A stretch of 64,000 nt of DNA from Octopus vulgaris (Eukaryota). The notes beneath the pieces were generated by a model, which saw only the letters and a list, made by a program, of their open reading frames with translations, was not told the origin of the DNA and made no database searches. Made by a program: the position numbers and the translations under genes. Shown here one piece after another: positions 1 to 14,893 of the stretch (its first letter is position 1; the number at the start of each line of letters is the position of its first letter). The DNA is taken from positions 126,232,001 to 126,296,000 of the forward strand of contig OX597815.1 in assembly GCA_951406725.2 (NCBI GenBank), read 5' to 3'.

Positions 1-390
1 GGCGCAGGAGTAACTGTGTGGCAAGAAGCTTGCTTCCCAATCACATTCTTCTGGGTTCAGTTTCACTTCGTGGCACCTTGGGCAAGTGTCTTCTACTATA
101 GCCTCAGGCCGACCAAAACCTTGTGAGCGACGTTGGTAGACGGAATTGAAAGAAGCTCATCGTGTGTATGTGTATGTGTGTGTGTGTGTGTGTGTGTATG
201 TGTGTGTGTACTTGTACTCCTACCATCGCTTAGCAGCCGATGTTGGTGTGTTTACGTCCTCGTAACATCGTGGTTCGGCAAAAGTGAGCAATAGAATAAG
301 CTTACAAAGAATAACTCCTGGGGTCGATTTGTTTGACTAAAGGCGGTGCTCCAGCATGGCCACAATAAAATAATTGAAACAAAAGAATAA
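1..390 (+). mobile_element. tRNA-derived SINE, family A (near full length, internal (TG)n)
   Basis: Head GGCGCAGGAGTAACTGTGTGG with B-box-like GGGTTCAGTT, body CACCTTGGGCAAGTGTCTTCTACTATAGCC, tail GGCGGTGCTCCAGCATGGCC; many homologous copies in the window. Confidence 0.85.
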
Positions 391-608
391 AACAATATAC
401 AAACACGCCTGCTTTCATACAAGTATGCACGCGCATATACACCCAGATATTCATATATGTATGTATGTGTGTGTGTGTGTGTGTGTGTGCGGCCACACCC
501 CCGTAATGTTGTGAATACCCTGTTTTATTCTATTATATTTTTTCCTTATTTATTACTACATTCAATTTTCTTTGCCCTCTCTGCCACTTTTCCTTCATCG
601 TCGTCTTG

Positions 609-610
609 CC

Positions 611-673
<63 letters not shown>
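609..673. repeat. (GTA)n microsatellite; another at 2683-2746
   Basis: Direct reading; explains the poly-V ORF. Confidence 0.95.
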
Positions 674-1648
674 TAAATTCCCGTGTCGTCCCCGTCATCC
701 GTTGCGCCCTGGTAGCAATCAAAGGAAATCATTGTTTTGCAATTTTGGATTATTCCTGGACATCCTGGTTTTCATCCCACTTGATCAAAGTCTGTACTTA
801 TGGTCAGCTCCATAATTTTTCTTTTTCTTTTAACAAGCTAATTAAAAAACGAAAAAAAAGCGTAGGCTATAAGCTTGACTGAATGTGATGGCTCTGTGAA
901 ATCGTGATGATTTGGGCGGTAGGGGGTGGAGAGAAACCCGGAAAAGAAGAAGATTATGCAGTAGACTTGTTAGATGCACTCAAGAATGAAACATGAGAAG
1001 CTTATTGTCACTACCATTACAATTACTGCTACTGTCATCACCAATTCCAACCCCTAAACCCATTTGCTGTTAATGCTACCAACGACAATGATGGTTGATG
1101 GAGTTGCTAGAAATAGGAACAAAAGCTCTTTCAAATTATATCCCCGCCCCGCTGCATTGAAATACCGCCAATAAAAAATTAATTGAATAATTAAATAAAG
1201 AACATACATTAGGTAATATAGTTCTTGATAGAGTCCCCTCCAAAAAAAAAAAAAAAGAAACAGACGGCAAGGTCATGATGGGATTTTTTTCCTATCAGAA
1301 GACTGTCCAAACAGGGTTGGCCAGTGGTTAAATGACAACAAAACAATAGTATTCTCCTAACAGCACCTCAACCACCGCCGCCGCCACCGCCACCACCATC
1401 ACCAGTGGCAACATCATCATCATCAACAACAACATCTCATTCCTATATCATCATCATTATCCTCATCTCTTCACAACTCACTCTAAGTCTGCGTCCAGGT
1501 ATATGTGTGCATGTGTGTGTGTGTGTATGTGTGCGCGCGCGTGCGCACACACGTGTGTATGTATTATTCTTTTTTGTCTACTAACATAAGGCAGGTGTTT
1601 GGAAATATTCGTTGCGAACTCAAAACGTCTACCATGTGTATATATAAC

Positions 1649-1679
<31 letters not shown>

Positions 1680-1804
1680 TGTATGTATGTATGTATGTAT
1701 GTATGTTATATATATACATATGTGTGCGTATGTATGTATCTTTAACAAGCATATATACATATAACAAAATATCCAACACGAACTTTAATAACAGAAATAA
1801 AATA

Positions 1805-1960
1805 ATAATCGTCTCAACGATAAGACCCGAAATGATTTTGAGTGGTGGTGAGTGTCTAGTCGATTACATCGACCCCAGTACTCTACTCGTACTTATTTTA
1901 TCGACCCCGAAAGGATGAATGACAAAATCTACCTTGGGAGAATTTTAACTCAGAACGGAA
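1805..1960 (-). mobile_element. SINE family B fragment
   Basis: Reverse complement contains CATCCTTTCGGGGTCGATAAAATAAGTAC, shared with other family B copies. Confidence 0.75.
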
Positions 1961-2682
1961 GAAAAGGCGACATGCAAATGCAGGTTTTGTCAGCTCACAA
2001 TTATAATAACAACGCTGTTTTTTGTTCTATTGGCCTCTAGGGTCCAAGTCGTTGGGGACAGTACAAATGTGACATGCAAAAGGAAGCAAGAAGCAATAAA
2101 GAGTGGTGTTGGTGATGATGATAAGGGTTTGCACTGAGTAAAGGCACGAGGGGGAGAACAGCAACATTAATAGAAACCCTTGGTAAATAGATAACAAAAA
2201 ATAGCAAGAACAAAAAAGGGCAAACTGAAATATGGGTAGAAATGATCCCATATATGGGGGAATTGTCAACGAAATAAGGTAATTCGTAGAGTACCCATTC
2301 CAGTCATATATGACCCCGATCATGATCCCTCTCGTATGTCAAATACTAGTGCCTGCTCCCAGTTTTTGCTGCTAACCTATAACCACAAATTAAATAAGGT
2401 CCGTTTAACCACGTAAGCCAATAAAGCCATTTATCACCTTTGGTAAAATAATGAGAGAACAAAATTACTAGGGAGACAAACGAACGAACACACGTCTTTA
2501 CACCATCACTTTCTCCATCAAGTGGTACTTGAGGCTGATAGCGTTACTGTGTCTACTCCTAATAAGTTAAACAAACATAGCTGCAGCATTCACAGCAGCA
2601 GTAACAGTTGCAGTAGGAGTAACAACAGCAACGAACAGCCGCGGCAGCAGCAACGGCAGAAGCAGCGGCAGCAGCAGCGGCT

Positions 2683-2747
<65 letters not shown>

Positions 2748-3396
2748 TAACTATATAAAGTAGAATACGATTCTAACCAACACTCCATTAACAGTTTTTA
2801 GTGAGAGAAGACAGCAAACAAAATTACGCCGAGGGAACACACAGTCACATATACATACAAAAAAAGATAAGTATACGAAATCAGAAACACTCCGTTGTGT
2901 CAAAACCAAACAACGGTCTTGCAATAACAGAATCTAAGGTTTGTTCCAGAAAACGTTTCCCTTTCAAGTGAGTTGCACACTTTCAGTTGAAGTTCTTTCT
3001 TTCCTTCTTCTTTTTTCACTCTTCTTTGTTGATGTTTAATTTTTAGCACTTTTGTTTGTGGGGGTGTCGTCTGCTTTTTTTGTCAACAAGAGTAAATATG
3101 CTCAGACACATATACAGGTATATATGTACATATATGCAAATATATGTATGTGTGGATGTGTTGTTTTCATGCATGTATGTGCACATACCTACGGATGGAT
3201 GTCTATATATGTATATAATATAGGAAGAGACAGAGAGGACAAAAAGAGAGCACAGCTGACAGGTAAAAAAGTTCGCATCCAAACCACGTGGTTCTGCATT
3301 CGAACCCGCTGAAGGAGCCTTCAGCAGCTGTCATCTGATACAAACTCGCTTTAAGTACTGTTTCGTGAATTGATTTCGTTGATTTTTCCATATAGG

Positions 3397-3428
<32 letters not shown>

Positions 3429-3802
3429 CAAATATACATACATACAAACAAACATACATATACACATACATACATACACACACATACATACTTGCATACA
3501 TACATATAAATATATACATACATACATATATCACTGCATTCATATATATCATGTATACATAAAACATACATACATATATATATATGTGTGTATATAATCA
3601 CACATGAGCGAACATACAGGCACGCGCATATATCTGCACTCCTCATCCAGTAATGGCAGTTTTAATGTTGTGCTCCTTTGTGTCCCATTTGAGGAATAAC
3701 ATTCCATAAAATAGTAACTGAACTAATATATTTATTAAGGTACTAAAAGCAGTGAAACATAAATCTATGTGTATCTGCATGTATATATTAATAGACATCT
3801 CC

Positions 3803-3900
<98 letters not shown>

Positions 3901-4002
3901 TGATCAAAATAAAATAAAATAAAATTGATCAAAATGTATATATATATATACATATATATATATATACACACACGCAGATACATAGACACTAAAACACACA
4001 TA

Positions 4003-4075
<73 letters not shown>

Positions 4076-4232
4076 GCTAGAAACTTTAAACCATCTTCCT
4101 TTCCTTCCCTAATTCGTCTGCTAATACTTTACATGTACCACGTCCACGCGTTGTGTTACTTTTTTTTCGTTTGTGTTTGTTCTTTTTTAGGGATTTACTA
4201 CACACACACATATACATATATGTATATATATG

Positions 4233-4270
<38 letters not shown>

Positions 4271-4415
4271 TATATATATATATATATGTATGTGTATGTA
4301 TATATATAGATGTATGTATATATATATATATGCATGTGTATGTATATATATAGATGTATGTATATATATATATATATATATATAGATGTATGTGTATATA
4401 TATATATATACATAC

Positions 4416-4451
<36 letters not shown>

Positions 4452-4555
4452 GTATACACACACGCAGATACATAGACACTAACACACACATTTGTTCTTT
4501 TTTAGGGATTTACTACACACACACATTATACATATATGTATATATATATATATGT

Positions 4556-4595
<40 letters not shown>

Positions 4596-4665
4596 ATGTA
4601 TATATACATAGATGTATTGTATATATATATATACACACCTATATATATATATATAGATGTATGTG

Positions 4666-4712
<47 letters not shown>

Positions 4713-4717
4713 ATGTG

Positions 4718-4757
<40 letters not shown>

Positions 4758-4794
4758 ATGTGTGTATACATATATATATACATATATATATATA

Positions 4795-4825
<31 letters not shown>

Positions 4826-4829
4826 TGTG

Positions 4830-4891
<62 letters not shown>

Positions 4892-5034
4892 CATATATAT
4901 ATATGTATGTGTATATATATATATACATATATATATATATGTGTGTGTGTATATATATATATACATATATATATACGTGTGTGTATATATTTATATATAC
5001 ATATATATATATATGTGTGTGTATATATTTATAT

Positions 5035-5089
<55 letters not shown>

Positions 5090-5130
5090 TATATATGTAT
5101 GTGTGTATATATATGTATATAAGTATGTAT
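3803..5130. repeat. Compound (TA)n/(TG)n/(CA)n microsatellite field with local duplications
   Basis: Direct reading; source of the poly-IY ORFs. Confidence 0.95.
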
Positions 5131-5132
5131 GT

Positions 5133-5350
5133 ATACTCTTTTACTCTTACTTGTTTGAGCCATTTGACTGTGGCCACGCTGGAGCACCGCTTTTAGTTGA
5201 ACAAATTGTAAGCCTAGTACTTATTCTATCGGTCTCTTTTGCCGAACCGCTAAGTTACGGGGACGTAAACAGAACGTGTTGGGGGTACAAACACAGACAC
5301 ACAAACATACACACACACATATACACGACGGGTTGCTTTCAGTTTCCGTG
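5133..5350 (-). mobile_element. SINE family A, partial
   Basis: GCCGAACCGCTAAGTTACGGGGACGTAAAC and GCTGGAGCACCG motifs. Confidence 0.8.
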
Positions 5351-5362
5351 TATATATGAATA

Positions 5363-5404
<42 letters not shown>

Positions 5405-5592
5405 TATATATTTATAGAAAGAGAGAGAGAGAGGGGGATGAGAGAAAGAAAGAAGAGAGATTGATAGATTGATCGATAGAGAGAAATATATGTCAATATA
5501 CGTAAACATACACACACACATGCACAATAACACCCTTATAAAAGTATATATATATATGTATGTACCTATTCTTCCATCTTTTTATGTATCTA

Positions 5593-5638
<46 letters not shown>

Positions 5639-5680
5639 TGTACATATATAATGATAAGTAACAATGTGTTTAATTTTCTG

Positions 5681-5735
<55 letters not shown>

Positions 5736-5874
5736 ATATATATATGTATGTATGCATGTATAGTATATATTTACACATATATATACACACGCACATACAT
5801 ACATCGTTCTCTGACGTCTCTCTCTTTTTCTCTCTTTCTGTTTGTTTGTGTATATATGTGTGTGTTTGTGTATA

Positions 5875-6129
5875 CGCTTTTACTCTTTTATAAGTTTCAG
5901 TAATTTGAATGTGGCCATGCTGGAGCCCATCTTTAGTCGAACTAATCGACCCCAGGACTTATTCTTTGTAAGCCAAGTAACTATCCTATCAGTCTCTTTT
6001 GCTGAATCGCTATGTTACGGGGACGTAAACACATCAACATCGGTTGTCAAGCAAGGGTGGGAAGGACAAACACAGACACATAAGTAGATACATACGTATA
6101 TATATATATATACACATATATATACATAC

Positions 6130-6184
<55 letters not shown>

Positions 6185-6265
6185 AATATATACATATATA
6201 CGACGAGCCTCTTTCAGTTTCTGTCTACCAAATCCACTTACAAGGCTTTGGTTGGCCCGAGGCTA
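5875..6265 (-). mobile_element. SINE family A, 5'-truncated
   Basis: Homology to 1-390 and 60785-61150. Confidence 0.8.
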
Positions 6266-6655
6266 TAGATAGATAGATATTTCAGATCAAAGCGCCTGTC
6301 GAGTACAGAGCATAATATAAAATTAAATAAACAACAAATGAACAAGAAATTATGCAATGAATTTCATTAGCTTACAGCTATTTCTACTATAAGATACATA
6401 GCACTTAGTGCTGGGTACTTGTGCATCACCTTATAACTTCTTTGGTGCTTCAATACACATATACATACATACATAATACATACATAATACATACATAGAT
6501 ACATAGATACATACATACTACATACACACATACAATCATACGTCAAAAGAGTCTGAACGATCACTCTAAGTTACAGGGCGTATTTTATAAATATGCTTGT
6601 TCAAGTCTCATAACAGCATGAAACTATTAGTAGCTCTTTCGGTGGTGTATTCAAT

Positions 6656-6772
<117 letters not shown>

Positions 6773-6798
6773 GATAGGTAGGTAGGTAGGTAGGTAGG

Positions 6799-6899
<101 letters not shown>

Positions 6900-7424
6900 T
6901 AACTCATTGATCTATATTCCATTCATTGAATGATGTGTATTTATGTATATGTCTGCAAATAGGGTTCAGGCATATATCTTTAAAAAGCCTTCCGACCGAT
7001 CTTATCTGATCCATAATACTAGAAATTGCTCTGCAAATATTTGAGAAGTTATCTAGAGTTGTAACATTAACTAAAATGATAGATGTCGAACAAGAATAAA
7101 GAAAAGTCAAAATTAGATGAACCCATGACAACAAACTGTAGGACTAGTTCTGTTTCGGCATACAAACTGATTACTTGCTTCGTCAGTTAGATTCTATAAA
7201 CGCGATAATAGTAATTTCGCAATTTTGCCAACAATAAAGATAATTTTGAAGGGCCACCATTTCTAGGGAAGAATCGAACACAATCACCAAAAACTTTTCG
7301 TTATCGTAAAATTCCTCAAAAATAGAACACACACACACACGCGCGCGCGCAAACACACACACCCACACACACTGTATATTGTATAAATGTATGTGTAGAT
7401 CAATCGATCAATAGATAGAGATAG

Positions 7425-7514
<90 letters not shown>

Positions 7515-7702
7515 CTCTAGACCTTTGCACGTTTAACAACAGGTATTAGAATGTTCACTTAACTGAATTACTTGTTCATTCAACCGTCGTTTAAGTAGCT
7601 GAACACACCACTGATACGTTTACCCTCTACGTAATACGTAGGTGGATTGTTGACGATTTTTTCCCTCCGTTTTCCTTTCCTTTTGGACTTTCCTCTGTCT
7701 CT

Positions 7703-7740
7703 TGTTTCTGAAGAAATAACTTTGCTCGAAACGTAAAACA
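7703..7740 (+). ncRNA. Minimal type I hammerhead-like motif (stem II degenerate)
   Basis: UGUUU-CUGAAGA-AAUAACUUUGCUC-GAAAC-GUA-AAACA: stem I UGUUU/AAACA, palindromic ACGU stem III, GUA triplet. Confidence 0.55.
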
Positions 7741-7811
7741 CCCATTTTTACCTTCCCTGAGCATATTATTAATTCTTTGCACGTACCACGTTTTCTCCGC
7801 TATTTTTTATC

Positions 7812-7889
<78 letters not shown>

Positions 7890-8019
7890 AACGGGAAGCT
7901 TTATGAAAATAGACAAAAGACGAAGGCAGGTTTACGGAAATAAACAAAAGACGAAGGCAGGTGGAATACAAACAAACAATTGTATTAGTATGGCGCTCAG
8001 GAAATATAAATAAAACAAG

Positions 8020-8057
8020 TCTTTAACGTTTCGAGCCTACGCTCTTCAACAGAAAGA
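8020..8057 (-). ncRNA. Minimal type I hammerhead-like motif (core variant CUGUUGA)
   Basis: UCUUU-CUGUUGA-A-GAGC-GUAG-GCUC-GAAAC-GUU-AAAGA; stems I and II pair. Confidence 0.55.
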
Positions 8058-10324
8058 TACACAGAGAAGAAACACAGAAAGAAGGAGAGAAAAAAATGCG
8101 TGCAGAGGCTAGCGAATCAACATGGCGATATATATATATATATGTATATACATATATATATATATGAATATAGATATATATATATAATTATAAGTATAAT
8201 TCTGTATAATTATATGTACAATATTATTTCTAATCTAGGTAGTTTATTAATAAATACATATCCAGGATCATATGTGCATATATTTAATCTCACTATGTCT
8301 TTCCAACAGCCAAGGATGAAGAAGAAATAGAACAGTACACTGCTCTTTATCAACTCTTTAACGTTCTTTGACCTCTCCCTCACAAAATGCCGAGATAAGT
8401 AGCGTATGCTTACTTATTGAAACACCATTATACTAGACGGACGTCACTTGCATAATGGTACAAGATATCCACCTATCCATACACACACACACACACACAC
8501 ACACATGTATATGTATGTATGTACACATTCACACCACACACACACACACACACACACGCACATTGAGACTGGTGGAACTATATTTGGTTTTAGGGAAAAT
8601 TCTATATTAAATGCGCTTAACTATTTCTTAAAGCTTGTTAATTTTGGTTCATATTCTGAAAGCAAGGTACAGACTGTGTAAAACTATTATGATAATATTG
8701 TAGCAATGTAATTATTGCAAATTTGCGGTGGGATCAACGATATTGAATATCTACCACACAGTATTAAAATTGCAAAAGCTAAAAACAAAATTTAGTCTCT
8801 TACATAACTATAATTAATTCTGTCGGCCGCCATGTCATACGTATTTTGAGTTATGAAATTAGAGTAATTTTGTTGCTCTTATGCTGTCTGCCTTTTTGTC
8901 TCGCATTAGCATAATTATCATATTGATAAGAAATATCTAGAAATATCTAGACTGTTAGACATTATGATGTATTTACATAAGTCTGAACAAACTATTTAAG
9001 TTAAGTTTGAGCAGTTATGGCGTCCATGTCTTCAGTGATATGTTATGACAAAAAAATTGAGTTTCTCACAAGATATTAAAAATGACTGATGAACTATTAT
9101 TCACCGAGTATTTACTTACATTCCTGCCAGAATTTTGAACTTGTGCGGAAGATTCTACGCAGTCGCTTGAACATCTTTAAATAACAGTGATATATCCCTC
9201 AAACCATACTTTACCATCTGAGAAAAACAATGGAATATTAACTAAAGTTAACTTATGGTTGCCACAGCTAAAATACTTCTGTTCATGTCTACCCAATCAG
9301 AACTGGCTTGGGGCTTGTTGAAGAAAAAATCCTAAAAGAAAAGATTACTGACAAATGACCTTCTTTTAAAAGTTGCGAAAGTTTCTACCTTAAAGAGAAT
9401 TTCACTGTAATCAAAAACTTTACTCTAATATTGACTGTAGTGGTTTAGACAAAGTATAAAAATGAAGTTAGTCAAAGTAAAATGTGCGGTGGTCACTCCT
9501 GACCTTTGCAGGTATTCTCAAACTGAAATTATTGGTGTTAATTTTATCGATTCTTAAGTGATAAAGGTCTAAGTTGACATTTGCAGGAACAAAAGTCAGA
9601 AGAATTCAATCTGACAGCAAATTAGAATATCATTAAATTACTTCATGACATTTCATTGAATTTAATTAACGCTGTGCCAAATTGCAATCATTAAAACATG
9701 AAATCAAATAAAGAACGAAACAAGGCGAAACTCAAACACAAATGCTAAGCAAACAAACAAAAAAGAAACATTAAAAGAAAATCATTGCGTGAATAAACCT
9801 TCCATATCTTATCGGTGAATATCATTGGTTGATATCATGTCAATTAGTAGGCACTATGTCAACTCCTGTAGATATTCTCGTAAGGATCTGAACAGAGTTT
9901 TGCTATATAACCGAAGCACTCGTCAATTTTACAATGTCTAACTGTCGCTTAAAGTGATAAACCTTATAAATCCGGTGCCTGTTTCAGCTAAAGCGATTAA
10001 ACCATTTGAAAATTAGGTGTTTCGGTATTAGATAATAAAGCTTAGCTGTAGAAACAGCTTTGACCTTCGAATGAAATTGAATAGGAGAGAAAAAAAGCTA
10101 CGAGTAATAAGAAAATAGAAAACTAAATGAAAGAAGACGTGGTGGAAAAAAAAACAACGCATAAATGAACAAAAGAAAACTGAAAACGCGGATGAAAAAA
10201 TGGAACAGAAAGAAAAATAGAAAAAATATTAGATGACACAATATCTGTTGACATGATAGAACAGACACAAATTTCTTCTGAATTTCGCTTGATAAATAAT
10301 TGCTCTCTGTCTTTCAATTCCTTC

Positions 10325-10373
<49 letters not shown>

Positions 10374-11049
10374 AATCACACTCTGTCTATCTGTATACAC
10401 CACTCTGCATTTCTCTTTCTTTCAACCTTTCTCAATTTGTCAACTCTCTATTCATTCGATAAATTATAATTCCTTCGCGAATAATACGGGCGTAAAACTG
10501 GTGCTTCTGAAATGCGGTATAGTGATTGATAAATAATACGCGACTTTATTGCAGTAGATATTTCCAAGAAATATTTGAAACCACTTTTTAACAAAAAAAG
10601 TGAACTGTGGAAATGTAAACATAAGTGTCCTGTCTAATTGAATGCCTGTGGACAACATGAAGTCTCAAAACATGTGCTCAATAAGGATGACAATGGTGTT
10701 AAGGGATTCACTCGCAACCACGTAGTTTTGTGTTTGACATCGCTGACGTGACTTCGGGTCGATCGTTAGGTATAAATTGGTTGACGGAAAATGTGTGAAA
10801 GTCCACTTCTTTGTTGGTAGGCTTAATCCGTCGCCTGGTTAAACACCGCTACATGGGCCATTTGGTGGTTTAGTGGATTACCTTCACTCAAGCCATATTT
10901 CTGTTTTCCTTCCTCTCACTTAATGGTAGTTTCTCGAGTCCGAGAAAGACGGTTCTGTAATCTGTTGCTGAACAATCAGTATGATTTGTTTATAGTGATC
11001 AATGTTTGTGCTGCATATGAGCTTTCTCAATGCATGAAATTCACATTAC

Positions 11050-11210
11050 CTGTACAGGTGCGCAGTGTACCACAAGTCAGATATTGCAGTGATCGCAGAA
11101 CAACGTGAAATAAAGTGTTTTGTTCAAGTATACAACACACACCCAGGTCCGAGAATCGAAACCGCAATCTCACGACCGCAAATGAAAGACCCTAATCACA
11201 AGACTCACCT
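11050..11210 (-). mobile_element. tRNA-derived SINE family C, decayed
   Basis: Reverse complement gives GCGGTTTCGATTCTCGGACC...TTGAACAAAACACTTTATTTCAC, matching 63710-63925. Confidence 0.6.
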
Positions 11211-12589
11211 CTAGCTAGCTGTAAATATCCTTATCCATTCATCAAGTGTAGCTACAGCCTAATCATCTGAGAAACCTTTTTTAATGTTATATAATAGTAT
11301 GCAAGAGAGAAGAAAGTAGACTCGCATCAAACTCTGTATGTGTATTTACAAATCCAAAAAATATATATACTCTGTACTCTATACGAAGTATCAGAAATAT
11401 TCTGGTGCAATTCAATAGATTATTCTGTTAATTCACCCGCCCACTCTACAAAAGACGAGGTCATCTTGAACAAAGAAAACTACAAGGATATCATAATAAT
11501 CTACTGGACTCAAATCAACTTTGTTACTCATATCTTGTAAGATGATAATTAAAATATATACCAGTAATATACTGAAATCTATGTAATAGATTTTATCCAC
11601 TCTTTATTAATAAAGGAAATTCATCAACCAGTTCAATGTTTCACATTTGTGACTTCGAATCTTGTCCAGGTTTACCCAGGCTTTCATAACAAAGGAATCG
11701 ATAGAAAGAGAAGCTGTCATTAAACTACCATTTACAAGTGTAATAAAATAATGAACGAAACAATAAAATGCTCACAAGCAGAAAATTAAAGAAACAAAGA
11801 AATAGTAAGAGAAAGACATTGTATGAATAAATCTTCCCTATTTTAGTGAAGTATAGTAAATCATTAATCTATCTCACGCCAGTTAGGAGACGCCTCATCT
11901 CTAGTAGACATTCTCCTGATAGTATATTCACTCGATTTCCGCTTAAAGATCACCTTGTAAGTAATCTAAAGCAATGTTTGAGGAAGGATTAATTAGTTCT
12001 TGGACAGTACCTCCGACACAGTTTCGATAATTAATTGGAACAGTTTCATTTAATTTATTAATGAGTTTACAAATGCCATGTACATTACAGCCACCCAATA
12101 ATTGCCAATTACTAAATTCAACAACTCACTAGATCACTGGTGCGTATTTATTCTCTCTATGTTGAGCAACCCCACAAAAAAAACCCCACAAAATGTTCAC
12201 GACCCAACGTCAATCGTCTCTAAATGCTAAAATATCTTTTGTACTCAGAACTACAATTCCTGTTCACTCAATCATTCTCCAGGTTCTTTCTTTATACATC
12301 AGTCTACAGTAATCCAAGTTAAACGCCAGCTTTGAAGAAAGCCTGCAAAATTCAACAATGCTGCTTTCTTCAGATTAAATTATCGTTTCAACTCGGATGG
12401 TAATTTATGCTAAGAGACATGAAAGGCTAAGTTAAGCTAAGTTAAGTTAAGAGACATGAAAGGCTAAGTTAAGCTTAGTTGATCGCTGTGAGGAAGTAAA
12501 GCAGATGGAAGAAATATGTGTACGTCATTTTGTACGATGCCCAGACGATTCTGCGAGTCTACAGTCTTCTTCCCATTTGATAATTGTTT

Positions 12590-14430
12590 CTAACATAAGC
12601 TCTAGACAAGAAATTTGGGGATGGGGGTTAGTCGAATGAATCGATCCCAGTGATTGACTGTTACTTTATTTTCTTGATCGCGGATGGATGAAGTGCAAAG
12701 TTGATCTGAGCGGGATTTAAAAGCAGAATTATATGCCACTAGGCAAATTATCCGACGCTCTATTATACCGAAGTACAACTTTCTCCCGACTAAGTTGTAA
12801 TATATAATGGCTTCTGATGTAGGAAAAAGGCCAGAATTTTGAGGGGAGGAGCTGAATCGTTGTTATCAACCGCAGTACTTGACTAGTATCTTACTTTATC
12901 AATCCTGATGGACAGGAAAATAAGATAACCTTGGTGGAATTCGAACATGGAACGTAAAGATCCGGAAAAAAAACAAAACATTTTGGCCAGTGCTCTGACA
13001 ACTGAGCCACCATGCTGGCTTTATATAATTAAGCACTCCCCAGCTAAAAGAATAAGTTTTACCGGTTGCATAAGGAGCAATTATTATTTTGGTTAACATA
13101 ATGATGGCATTACAACTTTCTGGACAAGCTGAATTCTTCAGAAATGTAATAACTTCACACGATCTCTCCTTTTATCACCTACAATTACAGAGTATTTTAC
13201 TTACGAGAAAGTTGTTTCCGTATAATTATTTGATGAACCAAGTTGAACTTCACCTCATTTTTGTCAAGAACATATTTGGAAAATGCAGGTCTGTTACAAC
13301 TTTCCAGTTCGGATTCCTCTCTCAAACATCGCTAGCCTCTTGCCTATGTTTTTAAAAACGTTATATTGCTACAGCAATGAACTTCGTACAGTTAGAACTA
13401 ACTTGTTGGAAAACTGTTGAATCTGTGGTCCGATTCAGTTTCACAATCAGAACGTTTCACTTGACTTATAGGAAACTTTTCCTCTACCTTAAAAATGTAA
13501 AACTCTACAAATCTTGAAGTATAAAGCTTAAATTTTTATCTCTAATGACACAGATTTTATCATAGTTGGATCTGGAATATCAATGTGGATAGCAGAATCA
13601 TTAGTGTGTCGTTTAAAACGTTTTGCAGTATTTCATTACGGTCGTTTACGTTCTGAGTACAAGTGTTGCTGAGATCAACTTTGTCTTTTATCATTTCGCG
13701 GTTGAAAATATAAATTACTAGTCAAGGTAATTTATATTTAACTGTTCTGTCTCAATAAATTTCTGGCCTCGTGCCCTATATATAACTGCCATCAGAAAGA
13801 GTGGTACAGAACAGAATCGGTTGAGGATTGAGTAAAATATCTTGGCAGTTGTTGATTAAGAACCAATCGTTTTAAGGTCTAATCTCGCCGAGGTCAACTT
13901 TGTCTTTCAGGTTCGATAAAATAAAGTATAAGTTAAGTATTGAGCGATGTAATCGGATAATCCTACACCCCTAAAATTACTGACCATGTGCCAAAAGTTT
14001 CAGCTATCATCATCATCATCATCATCTTCGTCATCGTCAAAAGGTGGTGAGCTGACGGAATCGCTAGCAAAGTGGACAAAATTCATTGCTGCATTTTGTT
14101 CGTCTTTATGTTCTGAGTTCAAATTCTGCTGAGATCGACTTCGCCTTTCATCCATTCGAGTTCTACCAAATAAGTATCAGTTGAACACTGGGGTCGAAGT
14201 TATTTTCATTATAAGATAGTGAGCTGTTAGAATCGTTAGAGCCTCGGACAAAATTCTTAGCGGCTTTTCTTCTGTCCTTTCGTTCTGAGTTCAAATCCCG
14301 CTAAGGTCGACTTTGCCTTTCATCCTTTCGAGTTCGATGAAATAAGTACCAGTTACGCACTGAGGTCGATATAATCGACTTTCTCCCTCCCCCAAAATTC
14401 CAGGCCTTGTGCCTATAGTAGAAAGGATCA
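12590..14430. mobile_element. Cluster of about six decayed SINE family B copies (minus at 12590-13020, plus at 13590-14430)
   Basis: Repeated GTTCTGAGTTCAAAT..GAGGTCGACTTTGCCTTTCATCC motifs; (ATC)n tails. Confidence 0.7.
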
Positions 14431-14893
14431 TCACCATCATTATCATCATCATCATCGTCAACGTATATTTAAAATAGTGAAGTACACTAGTAAATAATAT
14501 TTTTGTGTATAAGAAAAGTGGTAAACTTCTCACTCGCGTTGACGTTTCACTTTATGCGAATACGAAGGTGTCTCCTAATGAAAAAGTCTCTAAACACCAA
14601 GTTGAAAAAGGAGAATAAAAAAGAAGGCAACCAATTTGAGCCTCAAGATCAATACAATAATTTAATAGAAGTTGCAAATCATATATTTATCAAATTAAAG
14701 ATATTTTATTTTATTCACCCCAGCTGCATCTCAGCATGTTGTTATACATTTGCATTTTGCCCGTAGTCTACAGAGTGGATGTGTTAATGGTAGCTAGCTT
14801 AGGAAATAGATTGAATGAACCACAAATATGGAAGAAGCGAAAGAGAAACTAATGTATGATGAAATATCTAACAGTATTTAGTTTTACCACACT

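Noticed and set aside
4310-5417. Long ORFs of 230-293 aa (poly-IY/YI) and similar poly-V, poly-M, CMYV and SIYL ORFs elsewhere
   Set aside because: Stop-free read-through of (TA)n, (GTA)n, (GAT)n, (TATG)n and (TCTA)n microsatellites; no coding signal.
13205-13345. Minus-strand segment with AG and GTAAGT boundaries
   Set aside because: Stops in all three frames and a poor acceptor.
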